Origin: Mycobacteriales bacterium
Lineage (GTDB): Bacteria; Actinomycetota; Actinomycetes; JAFAQI01
NCBI GenBank assembly: GCA_035547515.1
Contig: DASZUS010000008.1
Span: 28,257-92,256 of the forward strand
Direction: 5' to 3'
DNA: 64,000 nucleotides
Position numbers and translations under genes: made by a program. The notes under the pieces are model-generated. The model made no database searches. It saw nothing but the letters and a program-made list of their open reading frames with translations, and was not told where the DNA came from. Shown here in pieces: positions 18,673 through 28,289 of the stretch. The stretch's first letter is position 1, and every line of letters begins with the position of its first letter.

Positions 18673-19721
18673 GCCGCCTGAGCGGTAGCCCGCGCGGCGC
18701 GGCGATCAAGCTCGCATTGTTCGTCGCGGTGTCGCTGGTGCTGACGCTGATCGTGGCCAACACGGTCACGCGGCCGCTTGGCCACTCGACGTACACCTAC
18801 CACGCGCTGTTCACCGATGCCTCCGGGCTGCGGCCCGGTGACGACGTCGACATCGCCGGGGTCCGGGTCGGCAAGGTGACCGGCGAGCGGCTGTCCGGCG
18901 ACGACGCGCTGGTCACCTTCGAAGTCGAGCGCTCGCAGCGGTTCACGACCAACGCGCGCGCCGTGATCCGCTACGAGGACCTGCTCGGTGCGCGGTTCCT
19001 GTCGCTGGAGCAGGGACGGCCGGGCGGCGCCACCATGGCCCCGAACGCGGTGTTCGACCTCCAGCACACGACGCCGGCGCTCTCGCTGACCGCGCTGTTC
19101 GACGGCTTCAAGCCGCTGTTCTCCGCACTGACCCCGGCTCAGGCAAACCAGCTGGCGGCGGACATCGTCGCCGACTTCCAGGGCGAGGGCGGCAGCATCA
19201 CTGCGCTCCTCGGCAACGTCGCGAAGCTGACCACCAACCTGGGACAGCGCGACGCGGTGATCGGCCAGGTGGTGAGCAACCTCGACGTGGTGCTGAGCGA
19301 GGTGGCCGACCACGACGGCGACCTGGCTGCGCTGATCGAGCAGCTCGAGTCGCTGACGCATGGGCTGTCCTCGGATCGGCACCAGATCGCGGGGGCGCTG
19401 CACGGCATCGATGCGGTAGCGGCGTCGATCGCTGGGCTGGTCGACCGCGGCGAGCCGGTTCTGCACCACGACATCGGTGATCTGTTCCTCGTCGCCGGCA
19501 CGTTGGTCCGCAACGAGAAGATCCTCGCGCAGGCGGTCCAGGCCTTGCCGCTGGGTGCCGCGGCCTTCACGCGCAGCCTCGGCTACGGGACCTGGCTCAA
19601 CGGCTACGTCTGCTCGGTGGCGATCCGCAGTGGCGCCCTCGTCGTACCGGTACGGGTCAACGGGCGCGTCGTGCACTCCGCGGTCTGCCGGACCGCGGCC
19701 GAGGGCGGGGGTGCGCAGTGA
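18669..19721 (+). CDS. mceB: Mce family protein MceB
   Basis: 350 aa. N-terminal TM helix and Mce domain (DVDIAGVRVGKVTGERL...IRYEDLLGARFLSLE). GTGA overlap. Confidence 0.85.
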   Translation: MSRLSGSPRGAAIKLALFVAVSLVLTLIVANTVTRPLGHSTYTYHALFTDASGLRPGDDVDIAGVRVGKVTGERLSGDDALVTFEVERSQRFTTNARAVIRYEDLLGARFLSLEQGRPGGATMAPNAVFDLQHTTPALSLTALFDGFKPLFSALTPAQANQLAADIVADFQGEGGSITALLGNVAKLTTNLGQRDAVIGQVVSNLDVVLSEVADHDGDLAALIEQLESLTHGLSSDRHQIAGALHGIDAVAASIAGLVDRGEPVLHHDIGDLFLVAGTLVRNEKILAQAVQALPLGAAAFTRSLGYGTWLNGYVCSVAIRSGALVVPVRVNGRVVHSAVCRTAAEGGGAQ

Positions 19722-20710
19722 GGCCGTTGCGCTCACGCAACCCGGTGCTCGTCGGGCTGATCGGAACGGCGGCTCTGATCGGCGTTCTCGCCGCCGTGGT
19801 CTTCCTGCCCAAGGTGCCGGCGTTGTCCTCGAAGCGGTCGTACTCCGCGGACTTCGCCGAGGCGGCGGGCCTGTCCAGCGGCGACGACGTCCGCGTGGCC
19901 GGCATCCCCGAAGGGACGGTGACCGGAGTCCACCTCGACAACGCGGTCATCCGGGTCGACTTCACGCTGTCCGACAGCGTCCACCTCGGGTCCGAGACGT
20001 CGGCGTCGATCGAGGTCGCGACGTTGCTCGGCACGAAGTACGTCGAGATCACGCCATCCGGCACCGGCACGCTCGCCGCGTCCACGCCGATCCCGCTGTC
20101 CGGGACGCAGGTGCCGTTCGATCTCGCGGAGGTGACGAACGGCCTGTCCGCGACGGTCGGGGGGCTCGACATCCCGACGCTGCGCAAGGCACTGGCAACC
20201 GTCAGTACGACGTTCGCCCACACGCCGACGGTGACCCGGCAGCTGCTGCACGGCCTGGCCGGGATCTCGAAGGTCGTCGTCTCCCGGCGGTCGCAGCTCC
20301 AGCAGCTGGTCCGCAGCACCCGGTCGGTGACCGCCACGCTGGTGTCGCAACGTGGCTCGCTCGATGCGCTGTTCCTCGATGCCGACCAGGTGCTCGCCAC
20401 GTTGCACGCCCGTCGTGTCATCATCCACGAGCTGCTCGTCGACGCGACCCGCCTCGGTGACGAGCTCGCGCGGCTGGTCGACCGCAACGCGGCCACGCTC
20501 GGCCCGCTGCTCGACCGGCTCCACCTGGTCGCGGCGCTGCTGCGCAAGGACGACCACGTGCTCGCTCACTCGGTCGATCTGCTCGCGCCCGCGAGCCGCG
20601 GCCTCGCCAACGCGACCGGCGACGGCCCCTACATCGACATCAACCTGCCGTACCTGCTCCTGCCGGACAACGTGCTGTGCGCCTTCTCCGTTGCCAAGGA
20701 CTGCCAGTGA
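19718..20710 (+). CDS. mceC: Mce family protein MceC
   Basis: 330 aa. N-terminal TM helix and Mce domain (DVRVAGIPEGTVTGVHL...IEVATLLGTKYVEI). GTGA overlap. Confidence 0.85.
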   Translation: MRPLRSRNPVLVGLIGTAALIGVLAAVVFLPKVPALSSKRSYSADFAEAAGLSSGDDVRVAGIPEGTVTGVHLDNAVIRVDFTLSDSVHLGSETSASIEVATLLGTKYVEITPSGTGTLAASTPIPLSGTQVPFDLAEVTNGLSATVGGLDIPTLRKALATVSTTFAHTPTVTRQLLHGLAGISKVVVSRRSQLQQLVRSTRSVTATLVSQRGSLDALFLDADQVLATLHARRVIIHELLVDATRLGDELARLVDRNAATLGPLLDRLHLVAALLRKDDHVLAHSVDLLAPASRGLANATGDGPYIDINLPYLLLPDNVLCAFSVAKDCQ

Positions 20711-21756
20711 GGCGTCGCGGAGCCGCCGGCGTGATCGCGGCGCTCGCGACGGTCGTGATTGTGGCGGGCCTGGTGGTCGTCGCGGTTCATGCAGTGACCG
20801 GCGGGAAGCGCCTGCACATCACGGCGTACTTCACCGAGAGCAACGGCATCTATCCCGGAAACCACGTCGACATCCTTGGCCTGCCGGTCGGCGACGTCTC
20901 GTCGGTCACGCCCGAACCGGGCGATGTCAAGGTCGTGCTGAGCCTGCCGGCCGGCACCAAGATCCCCCTGGACGCGCAGGCATACATCGTGCCGCCGTCG
21001 GTGATCAGCGACCGGTACGTCGGGCTGAGCCCCGCATACGACGGGACCGGCCCGACCATGCCCGACGGCTACGTGCTCCCGGTCGCCAAGACCCACGAGC
21101 CGGCGGAGTTCGACCAGCTCGTCGGCTCCCTGACCACGCTGTTCGACGCCCTCGGTCCGAAGCAGGCTGGGGCAAAGGGCGCGGTCGGCAGGCTGATCGC
21201 CGTGCTCTCGAACAACCTCGCCGGCAACGGGGCGGCGCTGCACGAGAGCATCGAAGGGCTCTCGACCGCGACCGGCGCGCTCGCCGAGGACCGCGGAGCA
21301 TTCGCCGGGGTCATCACGAACCTCGATGCGCTGAGCAGCAATCTCGCCAAGCGGGTCGGGCTGATCTCCTCATTCGAGTCCGACCTCGCTGCCGCGTCCT
21401 CGGAGCTCGCAAGCGAGCGCGGTCAGATCAGCGAGGTGGTCGACAGCCTCTCGACCGGCCTGCTGTCACTCGCCACGTTCCTGAAGTCGCACCGCGCGGC
21501 GCTGCATGGCGACCTGCACGACCTCGTGGTCACGACGAACGTGCTGCTGCGTCACCAGCGCGCCCTGATCGAGACCCTCGACAACCTGCCGCTCGCCGCG
21601 CAGAACCTCGCCCGGGTCAACCACGGCGGAGCGATCCTCACCCGGCACGCGGACCTCGGCCAGAACGAGTTCTTCAACTCGATCGTCCACCAGGTCTGCG
21701 CCCACCTCGGCCCGGTCTGCGAGATCCTCACCGGCGAGGGCGGGGTCGCGCGATGA
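20707..21756 (+). CDS. mceD: Mce family protein MceD
   Basis: A GTG at 20707 in a GTGA overlap gives 349 aa (an ATG alternative is at 20677). N-terminal TM helix and Mce domain (HVDILGLPVGDVSSV...SVISDRYVGL). Confidence 0.8.
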   Translation: MRRRGAAGVIAALATVVIVAGLVVVAVHAVTGGKRLHITAYFTESNGIYPGNHVDILGLPVGDVSSVTPEPGDVKVVLSLPAGTKIPLDAQAYIVPPSVISDRYVGLSPAYDGTGPTMPDGYVLPVAKTHEPAEFDQLVGSLTTLFDALGPKQAGAKGAVGRLIAVLSNNLAGNGAALHESIEGLSTATGALAEDRGAFAGVITNLDALSSNLAKRVGLISSFESDLAAASSELASERGQISEVVDSLSTGLLSLATFLKSHRAALHGDLHDLVVTTNVLLRHQRALIETLDNLPLAAQNLARVNHGGAILTRHADLGQNEFFNSIVHQVCAHLGPVCEILTGEGGVAR

Positions 21757-22736
21757 GCCGCTGTGCGGTGAAGCGGCGGAGCGCAGCGATCGCCTCAGCC
21801 CTCGCGGTGGCGGCAGCCGCCACCGGCTGCGGGCCGGGGTTGCAGAGCTTCTCGGTGGGTCGCGGCGTCAGCGGGCCGTCGTACCGGCTGACCGCGGTGT
21901 TCGACGACGCCTCCGGGCTTCCCGTGGGCGGCCGGGTCGAGTTGCACGACGTGACCGTCGGGCGGGTCGACTCGCTCACCACGTCGGGCTTTCACGCCGA
22001 CGCGCACCTGGTGATCGAGAAGTCCGCGAGGTTGCCGGTCGGCACCCGTGCCTCGCTTGCGCTCACCACACCGCTAGGCGAGGAGTACGTCGATCTCCTG
22101 CCGCCCGCGACTGGCGAAGCGGCTGGGTTCATCCCGCCGGGCGGCGAGATCGCCGCGACGGCGACCAACCGCGCACCCGACGTCGAGAACCTGCTGTCGG
22201 CGTTCTCTGCCGTGCTCAACGGGGGCGGGCTCGGCCAGATCTCGACGATCGTCCGCCAGCTCGACGTCGCACTCGACGGTCGAGCGAAGACCGGACGCGC
22301 GCTGATCGCCGAGCTCAATGACGTGCTGTCGCAGCTGGACGCGCACACCGGCGAGATCGACGGCACGCTCACTGCGGTCGCACGGCTGTCGAAACAGCTC
22401 GCCGCGCAGCACACCTTGCTGGTCCGGGGCCTCACCGAGCTCCGCCCGGGCATCGCGGACCTGCACGCCGACACCGCCGGCTTCACCAGGCTGCTGACCC
22501 GGATATCGCTGCTCGGGCACACCGCCACCCAGGTCCTCGACTCGGTGCAGGGCACCCTGCTGACCGACCTCGACGACCTGGCGCCGACGCTGGACACGCT
22601 GGTGTCGTTGCGCGGCCGGCTCGGCTCGACGCTGCTCGGGCTGCGCAAGTTCGCGGTCCTGCTCGACCGCGCCATCCCGGGCGACTATCTCAACCTGGTC
22701 GGCACGGTCGTCGCGCCGAGGGGGTCGGCGCCGTGA
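21753..22736 (+). CDS. mceE: Mce family lipoprotein MceE (LprK-like)
   Basis: 327 aa with the lipobox ALAVAAAATGC and an Mce domain (RVELHDVTVGRVDSL...TPLGEEYVDLLPP). ATGA overlap. The fifth Mce gene is the lipoprotein in characterised mce operons. Confidence 0.85.
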   Translation: MSRCAVKRRSAAIASALAVAAAATGCGPGLQSFSVGRGVSGPSYRLTAVFDDASGLPVGGRVELHDVTVGRVDSLTTSGFHADAHLVIEKSARLPVGTRASLALTTPLGEEYVDLLPPATGEAAGFIPPGGEIAATATNRAPDVENLLSAFSAVLNGGGLGQISTIVRQLDVALDGRAKTGRALIAELNDVLSQLDAHTGEIDGTLTAVARLSKQLAAQHTLLVRGLTELRPGIADLHADTAGFTRLLTRISLLGHTATQVLDSVQGTLLTDLDDLAPTLDTLVSLRGRLGSTLLGLRKFAVLLDRAIPGDYLNLVGTVVAPRGSAP

Positions 22737-23854
22737 GCCGGCTTCCCCTGGGCAAGCTCGCGGTCTTCGCCGCCGTCGGGCTGCTCGCGCTCGGCTACCT
22801 GGTGGTCAGCGTCGTGGGTCAGAAGACCATCGAGGGCAGCTATCGGGTGACGGTCGACATGCCGGAGACCGGGGGTCTGTTCCCCGGCAGCCAGGTCACC
22901 TATCGTGGCGTGCCGATCGGCACCGTCTCCTCGATCGAGATCACCCCGACCGGCGTCGCTGCCCATCTCGCGATCCACGACTCGGTGCAGATCCCGAGCG
23001 CGACCCGGGCGGTTGTCGCCGACCGTTCACCTGCAGGTGAGCAGTACATCGACATGGAGCCGACCGGGACCGGCCCGCCGTACCTCGCCGACGGCTCGGT
23101 GATCGCGCCGGCGAACACCGCGCGTCCGCCGTCTCTCGCAGCGCTCCTGAACAGCATCGCGTCGTTCTCGGGATCGGTGGACCTCCGCCAGCTGCGCACG
23201 GTGGTCGACCAGCTCGATGTCGCCTTCGCCGGGACCGGCCCGCAGCTCGGCGCGATCCTCGACCACGGCGCGAAGCTCATTGCATCTCTCGCGAAGGTCG
23301 AGCCGCAGACCGTCGACCTGCTCCACAAGGCGGGCGTGCTGCTCGACGCCCAGGCCTCGCACGACGGGGACCTTCATACGTTCGCAGTCTCCCTACGCAA
23401 GCTGTCGGACACGATTCGCAACGACGACCCGCGGACCGCCGCGCTGGTCGCCGCAGCGCTGCAGACCACGCAGCAGGTCGCGCCGCTGCTGGTGCGGGAC
23501 TCGCATGACGTCGGGGTGTTGCTGGCCAACCTGGTGACCACCGGCCGCATCGCCGTCGCACGGCTGCCGGGACTGAAGGCGCTGCTGTTCTCGCTGCCCG
23601 CGGGGCTGCACGCGCTTGCCTCTGCCGTCCACGGCGGGCGCGTCGAGTTCCTGCTGAGCCCGCAGCCCGGCACGTTCTGCTCGTACCCGGGCACCCGGCG
23701 CCGGGCGCCGTTCAATCCGCACCGGGGTCCACCGATCACCAACGGCTACTGTCTGCACCCGCTGCCGATCCAGGACCAGCGCGGCGCGGTGTACGAGCCC
23801 CGGCCCGCCGGTGACGACACGTGGCGCGGCGTCTACACGACAGGAGCGAAGTGA
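22733..23854 (+). CDS. mceF: Mce family protein MceF
   Basis: 373 aa. N-terminal TM helix and Mce domain (QVTYRGVPIGTVSSIEI...VADRSPAGEQYIDMEP). GTGA overlap. Confidence 0.85.
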   Translation: MSRLPLGKLAVFAAVGLLALGYLVVSVVGQKTIEGSYRVTVDMPETGGLFPGSQVTYRGVPIGTVSSIEITPTGVAAHLAIHDSVQIPSATRAVVADRSPAGEQYIDMEPTGTGPPYLADGSVIAPANTARPPSLAALLNSIASFSGSVDLRQLRTVVDQLDVAFAGTGPQLGAILDHGAKLIASLAKVEPQTVDLLHKAGVLLDAQASHDGDLHTFAVSLRKLSDTIRNDDPRTAALVAAALQTTQQVAPLLVRDSHDVGVLLANLVTTGRIAVARLPGLKALLFSLPAGLHALASAVHGGRVEFLLSPQPGTFCSYPGTRRRAPFNPHRGPPITNGYCLHPLPIQDQRGAVYEPRPAGDDTWRGVYTTGAK

Positions 23855-24375
23855 GCGAGGAGAGCAGGCCGGGCGCGTCGCGCCGGTCCCGAAGCCGCGC
23901 CCTGCTCACCGCGGCGGCAGCGACGCTGGTCGTCGCCGACCTCCTGGTCGCGGCGGTGCGGAGCCATGACGTGGCAGCCTCGCGGTCGCGGTTGGAGCAT
24001 TCACTGCCGCCCAGTGCGCGTAGCGCCATGCAGGCGGCGGAGATCTACGCCATCGACTTCGCGACGTACACCTATGGCGACCTGGACGCGGCGTTCGCCA
24101 AGACGGAGGCGCACTCGATCGACCCGTTCCTGTCGCAGTACCGCAAGGAGACCGCGCAGCTTCGCGCGACGCTGGTGCAGGCGAAGGCAAGCTCGACGGC
24201 GACGGTCGTGAGCGAGGGCGTCGCGTCGCTCACCGCGGACTCAGCGGTGGTGGACCTGTTCCTGAACCAGACCGTCAAGAACACCGGTGGCACTCACGTC
24301 GACGCTCAGCGCGTGGAGATGACGCTGCAGTGGCGCAACCACACCTGGCTGATCAGCGAGGTGGTCCTCCCGTAG
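23851..24375 (+). CDS. Mce-associated membrane protein (Mas-like)
   Basis: A GTG at 23851 in a GTGA overlap with mceF gives 174 aa. It has a single TM helix (LLTAAAATLVVADLLVAAV) followed by an NTF2-like domain ending QWRNHTWLISEV. The position directly after mceF is typical of Mas proteins. Confidence 0.65.
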   Translation: MSEESRPGASRRSRSRALLTAAAATLVVADLLVAAVRSHDVAASRSRLEHSLPPSARSAMQAAEIYAIDFATYTYGDLDAAFAKTEAHSIDPFLSQYRKETAQLRATLVQAKASSTATVVSEGVASLTADSAVVDLFLNQTVKNTGGTHVDAQRVEMTLQWRNHTWLISEVVLP

Positions 24376-24934
24376 CCGAGGCGGTCACCTCGCCGGCCAT
24401 GCTCTGCACCAGGGGCATCAGGTCGATCGTCTCGAATGCGGAGACCTCGGTCTCCAGCAGCTCGCGCACGTAGCGGGCGATGTGCTTGCGCAGGTCGCGC
24501 TCGACCATCCCGGACCGGGCGAGCACGCGGGCCTGGATCCCTTTGGGGTGTACGACGACATCGACGTTCTCGTACGTCGGGCGCTCCGCGACGACCGCCA
24601 GCGACAGCGGCGCGAGGAGCGTCACCGTGAGTGCGAGCCGCACGGTCGCCTCGACGTCGAAGTGGTGCTTCGCACCCGCCGCCGTGACGTCGACGTCGAG
24701 CATCGCCGGCAGGGTGAGCCGGTAGGTGAGCGGGTCCTCGCCGGTCACGTCGACGATCGGATCGCCGATGTGCCCGACGGCATTGGCGGTGGCCATCCCG
24801 GCGGGACCGGCATGCATCGGCCCGACGCGCACCCCGCCCTCAGTGAGGCCGGCGATGACCGCGCAGATCCGCTGCGGGCTCACTGCCGCATGCACGAACG
24901 CTTTGCCGAACTCGGCGTACGACAGCTCCGTCAC
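24353..24934 (-). CDS. hypothetical protein (193 aa)
   Basis: An ORF of normal composition, head-to-head with ephD (31 bp apart). Its 3' end overlaps the mas gene by 23 bp. No domain recognised. Confidence 0.45.
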   Translation of the reverse strand: MTELSYAEFGKAFVHAAVSPQRICAVIAGLTEGGVRVGPMHAGPAGMATANAVGHIGDPIVDVTGEDPLTYRLTLPAMLDVDVTAAGAKHHFDVEATVRLALTVTLLAPLSLAVVAERPTYENVDVVVHPKGIQARVLARSGMVERDLRKHIARYVRELLETEVSAFETIDLMPLVQSMAGEVTASATGGPPR

Positions 24935-24965
24935 GATCCTCCGAGGTTAGATTCGCAGGCTACGG

Positions 24966-26777
24966 GTGAAGCAACCGAATGGGGTGAGCGGCGTGGCCGG
25001 CTTCTTCGTCGAGTCCGGCGGGGTGAAGCTCGCGGTCAACGAGAGCGGTCCCCGCGACGCGCCGACCGTGATCCTGGTCCACGGCTATCCCGACACCTCC
25101 GCGACGTGGGGCCCGGTGGTCGACGAGCTGTCCGGGCGCTTCCACGTCGTCAGCTACGACGTGCGCGGCGCGGGTGCCTCCGACGCGCCGCGCCGGAAGG
25201 CGGCGTACCGGCTCGAGGTGCTTGCCGCCGACCTGCGCGCCGTCGCAGATGCCGTCTCACCGCACCAGCCGGTGCATCTGGTCGGGCACGACTGGGGCTC
25301 GGTGCAGGCTTGGGAGGCGGTCACCGATCCGGACTCGCAGAGCCGCTTCGCGTCGTTCACCTCGATCTCCGGGCCTTCGCTGGACCACGTGGCGTTCTGG
25401 CTGCGCGACCGGCTCACCGCGCGGCCCGCCTCGCTTGCGGCAGTCCTCGGCCAGGCCATGCGGTCGTGGTACATCGGCGCGATCTACGTGCCGTTGCTCG
25501 TCCCGCTGATGTGGCGGCTGTTCCTGCACCGCAGCTTCGGTCCGGTGGTCGGCAAGACCGAGGGCTTCGCGACCCGCGGCTCCTGGCCCGCGGCGACGCT
25601 GAAGAAGGACGGGGTTCGCGGGGTGAACCTCTACCGTGCGAACGTCCTCCGGGTGCTGCGCGCGCCCACGCAACGGCGTACGGCGGTCCCGGTGCAGGTG
25701 GTCGTGCCGACCCGCGACCGCTACCTGTCCCCGTCCGTGGTCTCCGACGACGTGCCGCGGTGGGCCGACAAGCTCTGGGTACGGCGGGTGCGCTCGGGTC
25801 ACTGGCTCCAGCAGAAGTCACCCGCGGCTCTCGCGAACGCGGTGACGGAGCTGGTGGCGCACGTCGAAGGCCAGCCCGAGCCCCGGACTCTGGCGAGGCT
25901 GCGCGTCAGTGCACCCGAGCAAGCAGTCAGCCCGCGGCGCCGCGGCCGCCGCCGGCGGAGCGAGCGGGGCTTCGCCGACCAGCTGGTCGTCGTCACGGGC
26001 GCCGGCAGCGGCATCGGACGTGAGACCGCGCTGGCCTTCTCCCGGGTGGGCGCGGAGGTCGTGATCGCCGAGCTGCACGCCGAGGCGGGGGAGCGCACCG
26101 CGGGTGAGATCCGCGCGAGCGGCGCGGCCGCTCACTCCTACGCCGTCGACGTGTCCGACGTCGCGGCGATGGAGGACTTCGCGAAGCGAGTCGTCACCGA
26201 CCACGGGGTGCCTGACATCGTGGTCAACAACGCCGGGATCGGGGTAACGGGAAGCTTCCTCGACACCTCTGCGGAGGACTGGCGGCGCATCGTCGATGTG
26301 AACCTGATGGGCGTCGTCAACGGCTGCCGGGTGTTCGGGTCCGCGATGGCGGAGCGACTCGAGGGCGGCCACATCGTCAACGTCGCGTCGGCCGCGGCGT
26401 ACACGCCGAGCAAGATGCTGAGTGCCTACGTCGCTACCAAGGCGGCCGTGCTGATGCTCAGCGAGTCACTCGGCGCCGAGTTCGCGGAGTACGGCATCGG
26501 CGTCTCCGCGATCTGCCCCGGCATCGTCAACACCCCGATCACCACCGCAACCCGCTACGTCGGGCTGTCCGAGGCCGAGCAGGCCGAGCGAGCCAGGACC
26601 ATCAGCAAGCAGTACGCGCGGCGCAACTACCCGCCGTCGAAGGTTGCCGACGCGATCGTGAAAGCGGTCCGGCAGGGCACCCCCGTCGTCCCGGTCACCC
26701 CGGAGGCGGTCGGCGGGCGGCTGATGTCGCGGCTCTCGCCCGCGGTCATGCGCCGCCTCGCCAGGGTGCAGCTCTAG
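24966..26777 (+). CDS. ephD: bifunctional alpha/beta-hydrolase (epoxide hydrolase-like) / short-chain dehydrogenase, EphD-like
   Basis: 603 aa. The N-terminal half has a hydrolase-fold pattern (VILVHGYPDTS...VHLVGHDWGS). The C-terminal half is an SDR (VVVTGAGSGIGRETALAF...VVNNAGIG...SAYVATKAAV). Strong collinear similarity to Rv2214c EphD as recalled from memory. Confidence 0.8.
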   Translation: MKQPNGVSGVAGFFVESGGVKLAVNESGPRDAPTVILVHGYPDTSATWGPVVDELSGRFHVVSYDVRGAGASDAPRRKAAYRLEVLAADLRAVADAVSPHQPVHLVGHDWGSVQAWEAVTDPDSQSRFASFTSISGPSLDHVAFWLRDRLTARPASLAAVLGQAMRSWYIGAIYVPLLVPLMWRLFLHRSFGPVVGKTEGFATRGSWPAATLKKDGVRGVNLYRANVLRVLRAPTQRRTAVPVQVVVPTRDRYLSPSVVSDDVPRWADKLWVRRVRSGHWLQQKSPAALANAVTELVAHVEGQPEPRTLARLRVSAPEQAVSPRRRGRRRRSERGFADQLVVVTGAGSGIGRETALAFSRVGAEVVIAELHAEAGERTAGEIRASGAAAHSYAVDVSDVAAMEDFAKRVVTDHGVPDIVVNNAGIGVTGSFLDTSAEDWRRIVDVNLMGVVNGCRVFGSAMAERLEGGHIVNVASAAAYTPSKMLSAYVATKAAVLMLSESLGAEFAEYGIGVSAICPGIVNTPITTATRYVGLSEAEQAERARTISKQYARRNYPPSKVADAIVKAVRQGTPVVPVTPEAVGGRLMSRLSPAVMRRLARVQL

Positions 26778-26807
26778 CGGGCCACCCGCTCGTGGCAGGC
26801 TCGAGGG

Positions 26808-27200
26808 GTGGAGGGCGAGCTGAACGTGCTGGGCGAGCCGCTGCAGCCATGCGGCCTCGACCCCGTCACCGGCTTCTACCGCGACGGCTGCTGCAGCTCC
26901 GGCCCTGAGGACGTCGGCAGCCACACCGTCTGTGCCGTGGTGACGCGTGAGTTCCTCGCCCACCAGGTCTCGGTCGGCAACGACCTCGTGACTCCCCGGC
27001 CGGAGTGGCACTTCCCCGGGCTGGTGCCAGGCGACCGGTGGTGCGTCGTTGCGGCCCGCTGGCTGCAGGCTCACCTCGACGGGATGGCCTCGCCCGTCGT
27101 CCTTGCCTCGACGAACCAGCGCGCGCTGGAGATCGTCCCGCTCGAGATCCTCGAGCAGTACGCGGCGGACGTGCCTTCCGATCCGAGCGAGCTGCTGTGA
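26808..27200 (+). CDS. DUF2237 family protein
   Basis: 130 aa. The pattern NVLGEPLQPCG.DPVTGFYRDGCC..GPEDVGSHTVCAVVT.EFL is the DUF2237 signature as I recall it. Confidence 0.7.
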   Translation: MEGELNVLGEPLQPCGLDPVTGFYRDGCCSSGPEDVGSHTVCAVVTREFLAHQVSVGNDLVTPRPEWHFPGLVPGDRWCVVAARWLQAHLDGMASPVVLASTNQRALEIVPLEILEQYAADVPSDPSELL

Positions 27201-27568
27201 ACCGGCCGCTGCTCGCGTGGGGCTGCGCTCTCGGCCCGGCATGGGTCGCCTCGACCATGGCGTCGTACGAGCTCATGGGTCGTTACGCCACCGGCAAGAC
27301 GCCACCGCGGAGCAAGTACCACCGCTTCTATCCGGCGTGGGCGCTGCTCGGCGTGCCCTTCGGCCTGGTGTCCGCCGGGTTCTCGACGGTCTGGCCGGAC
27401 CTGCTGTTCACGGCGTACGTCGTGCTGTCCGTGGTCATCCCACTCGTCGCACTGCCGTCGCTGCGGCGAACGATCGCGGCGGCGCCCGGCGCGTGCCACA
27501 CCGGCGGCGCCTGCGCGTCGTGCCCGATCGCGTGCGACCGCCGAGAGAGCGCCGCCGTCAGGTCGTGA
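27197..27568 (+). CDS. small membrane protein with Cys-rich C-terminus (hypothetical)
   Basis: A GTG at 27197 in a GTGA overlap with the DUF2237 gene gives 123 aa (an alternative ATG is at 27257). Two predicted TM helices and a C-terminal CHTGGACASCPIAC motif. The 3' end overlaps the convergent hemerythrin gene by 11 bp. Confidence 0.4.
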   Translation: MNRPLLAWGCALGPAWVASTMASYELMGRYATGKTPPRSKYHRFYPAWALLGVPFGLVSAGFSTVWPDLLFTAYVVLSVVIPLVALPSLRRTIAAAPGACHTGGACASCPIACDRRESAAVRS

Positions 27569-28217
27569 CGCCGCGCAGCTGCCCGGCGAACTCGGTGAAG
27601 CTGCGCTGTCCCATGCCCTCCCACATCTCCTTCACCGGAGGCGGCATGTGCGCGTCCATGTTGGCGATCTGCTGGGCCGTCATCTGCTCGCGGATCAGCC
27701 CCATGATCAGCCACAGCTTGTCGCCGGCGTAGGTGCGCATGCCGTGCGACGGCAGCTCGCCCCACTCCGGCGCCGTCAGATACCGGCCGGCGATCGGGAG
27801 AACCACCGCCTCCTCTTCGTCGAGGTGAGGGGTCAGGCCGTCGTTCAGGGCGATGACAGAGGCAGCGGCGTGATCCGCCCTGGCCGGCGACGGATCGGAC
27901 TCCCATGCGCTGAGGGCCTGGTGGGCCGCGTCGATCAGGGCGATCACCGGCTCGTGCTGGGCGGCGATGCGCTCGACGTCGGCGACCTCGGAGGCGCTCG
28001 CGCGGTCCTTCAGGCGTGGTGTGACGATCTCGTCCTCACCCTCGTGGTGCGACCTCAGCAGGCTCAGCACGTTGGTGAGGTAGCTCGCGACGAGCGCAGT
28101 GCGCTCCGCGGTGTCGGCAGTGCGGATCAGATCGGGTCCGTCGGCGCCGGCGTTCCGGAACACCCGGTGCAGTCCGATCATGTCGCTGGTGTCAGCAAGG
28201 GGTGGTGCGTCGTTCAT
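27558..28217 (-). CDS. hemerythrin (HHE cation-binding) domain protein
   Basis: 219 aa. Two hemerythrin-like half-sites are present: LHRVFRN...HHEGEDEIVTP and LTPHLDEEEAVVLP. Confidence 0.7.
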   Translation of the reverse strand: MNDAPPLADTSDMIGLHRVFRNAGADGPDLIRTADTAERTALVASYLTNVLSLLRSHHEGEDEIVTPRLKDRASASEVADVERIAAQHEPVIALIDAAHQALSAWESDPSPARADHAAASVIALNDGLTPHLDEEEAVVLPIAGRYLTAPEWGELPSHGMRTYAGDKLWLIMGLIREQMTAQQIANMDAHMPPPVKEMWEGMGQRSFTEFAGQLRGVTT

Positions 28218-28289
28218 GCCGCCACGTTAACGAATGTCGTGGCCCTGCGTGCCGCGGTTGGTCTCGCCGGCGGAGGGCAGATTGCAGGT

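Noticed and set aside
24482-26023. 513-aa + strand ORF overlapping ephD in another frame
   Set aside because: The ephD frame aligns along its whole length with Rv2214c-like sequence. The alternative frame is Arg/Gly/Pro-rich.
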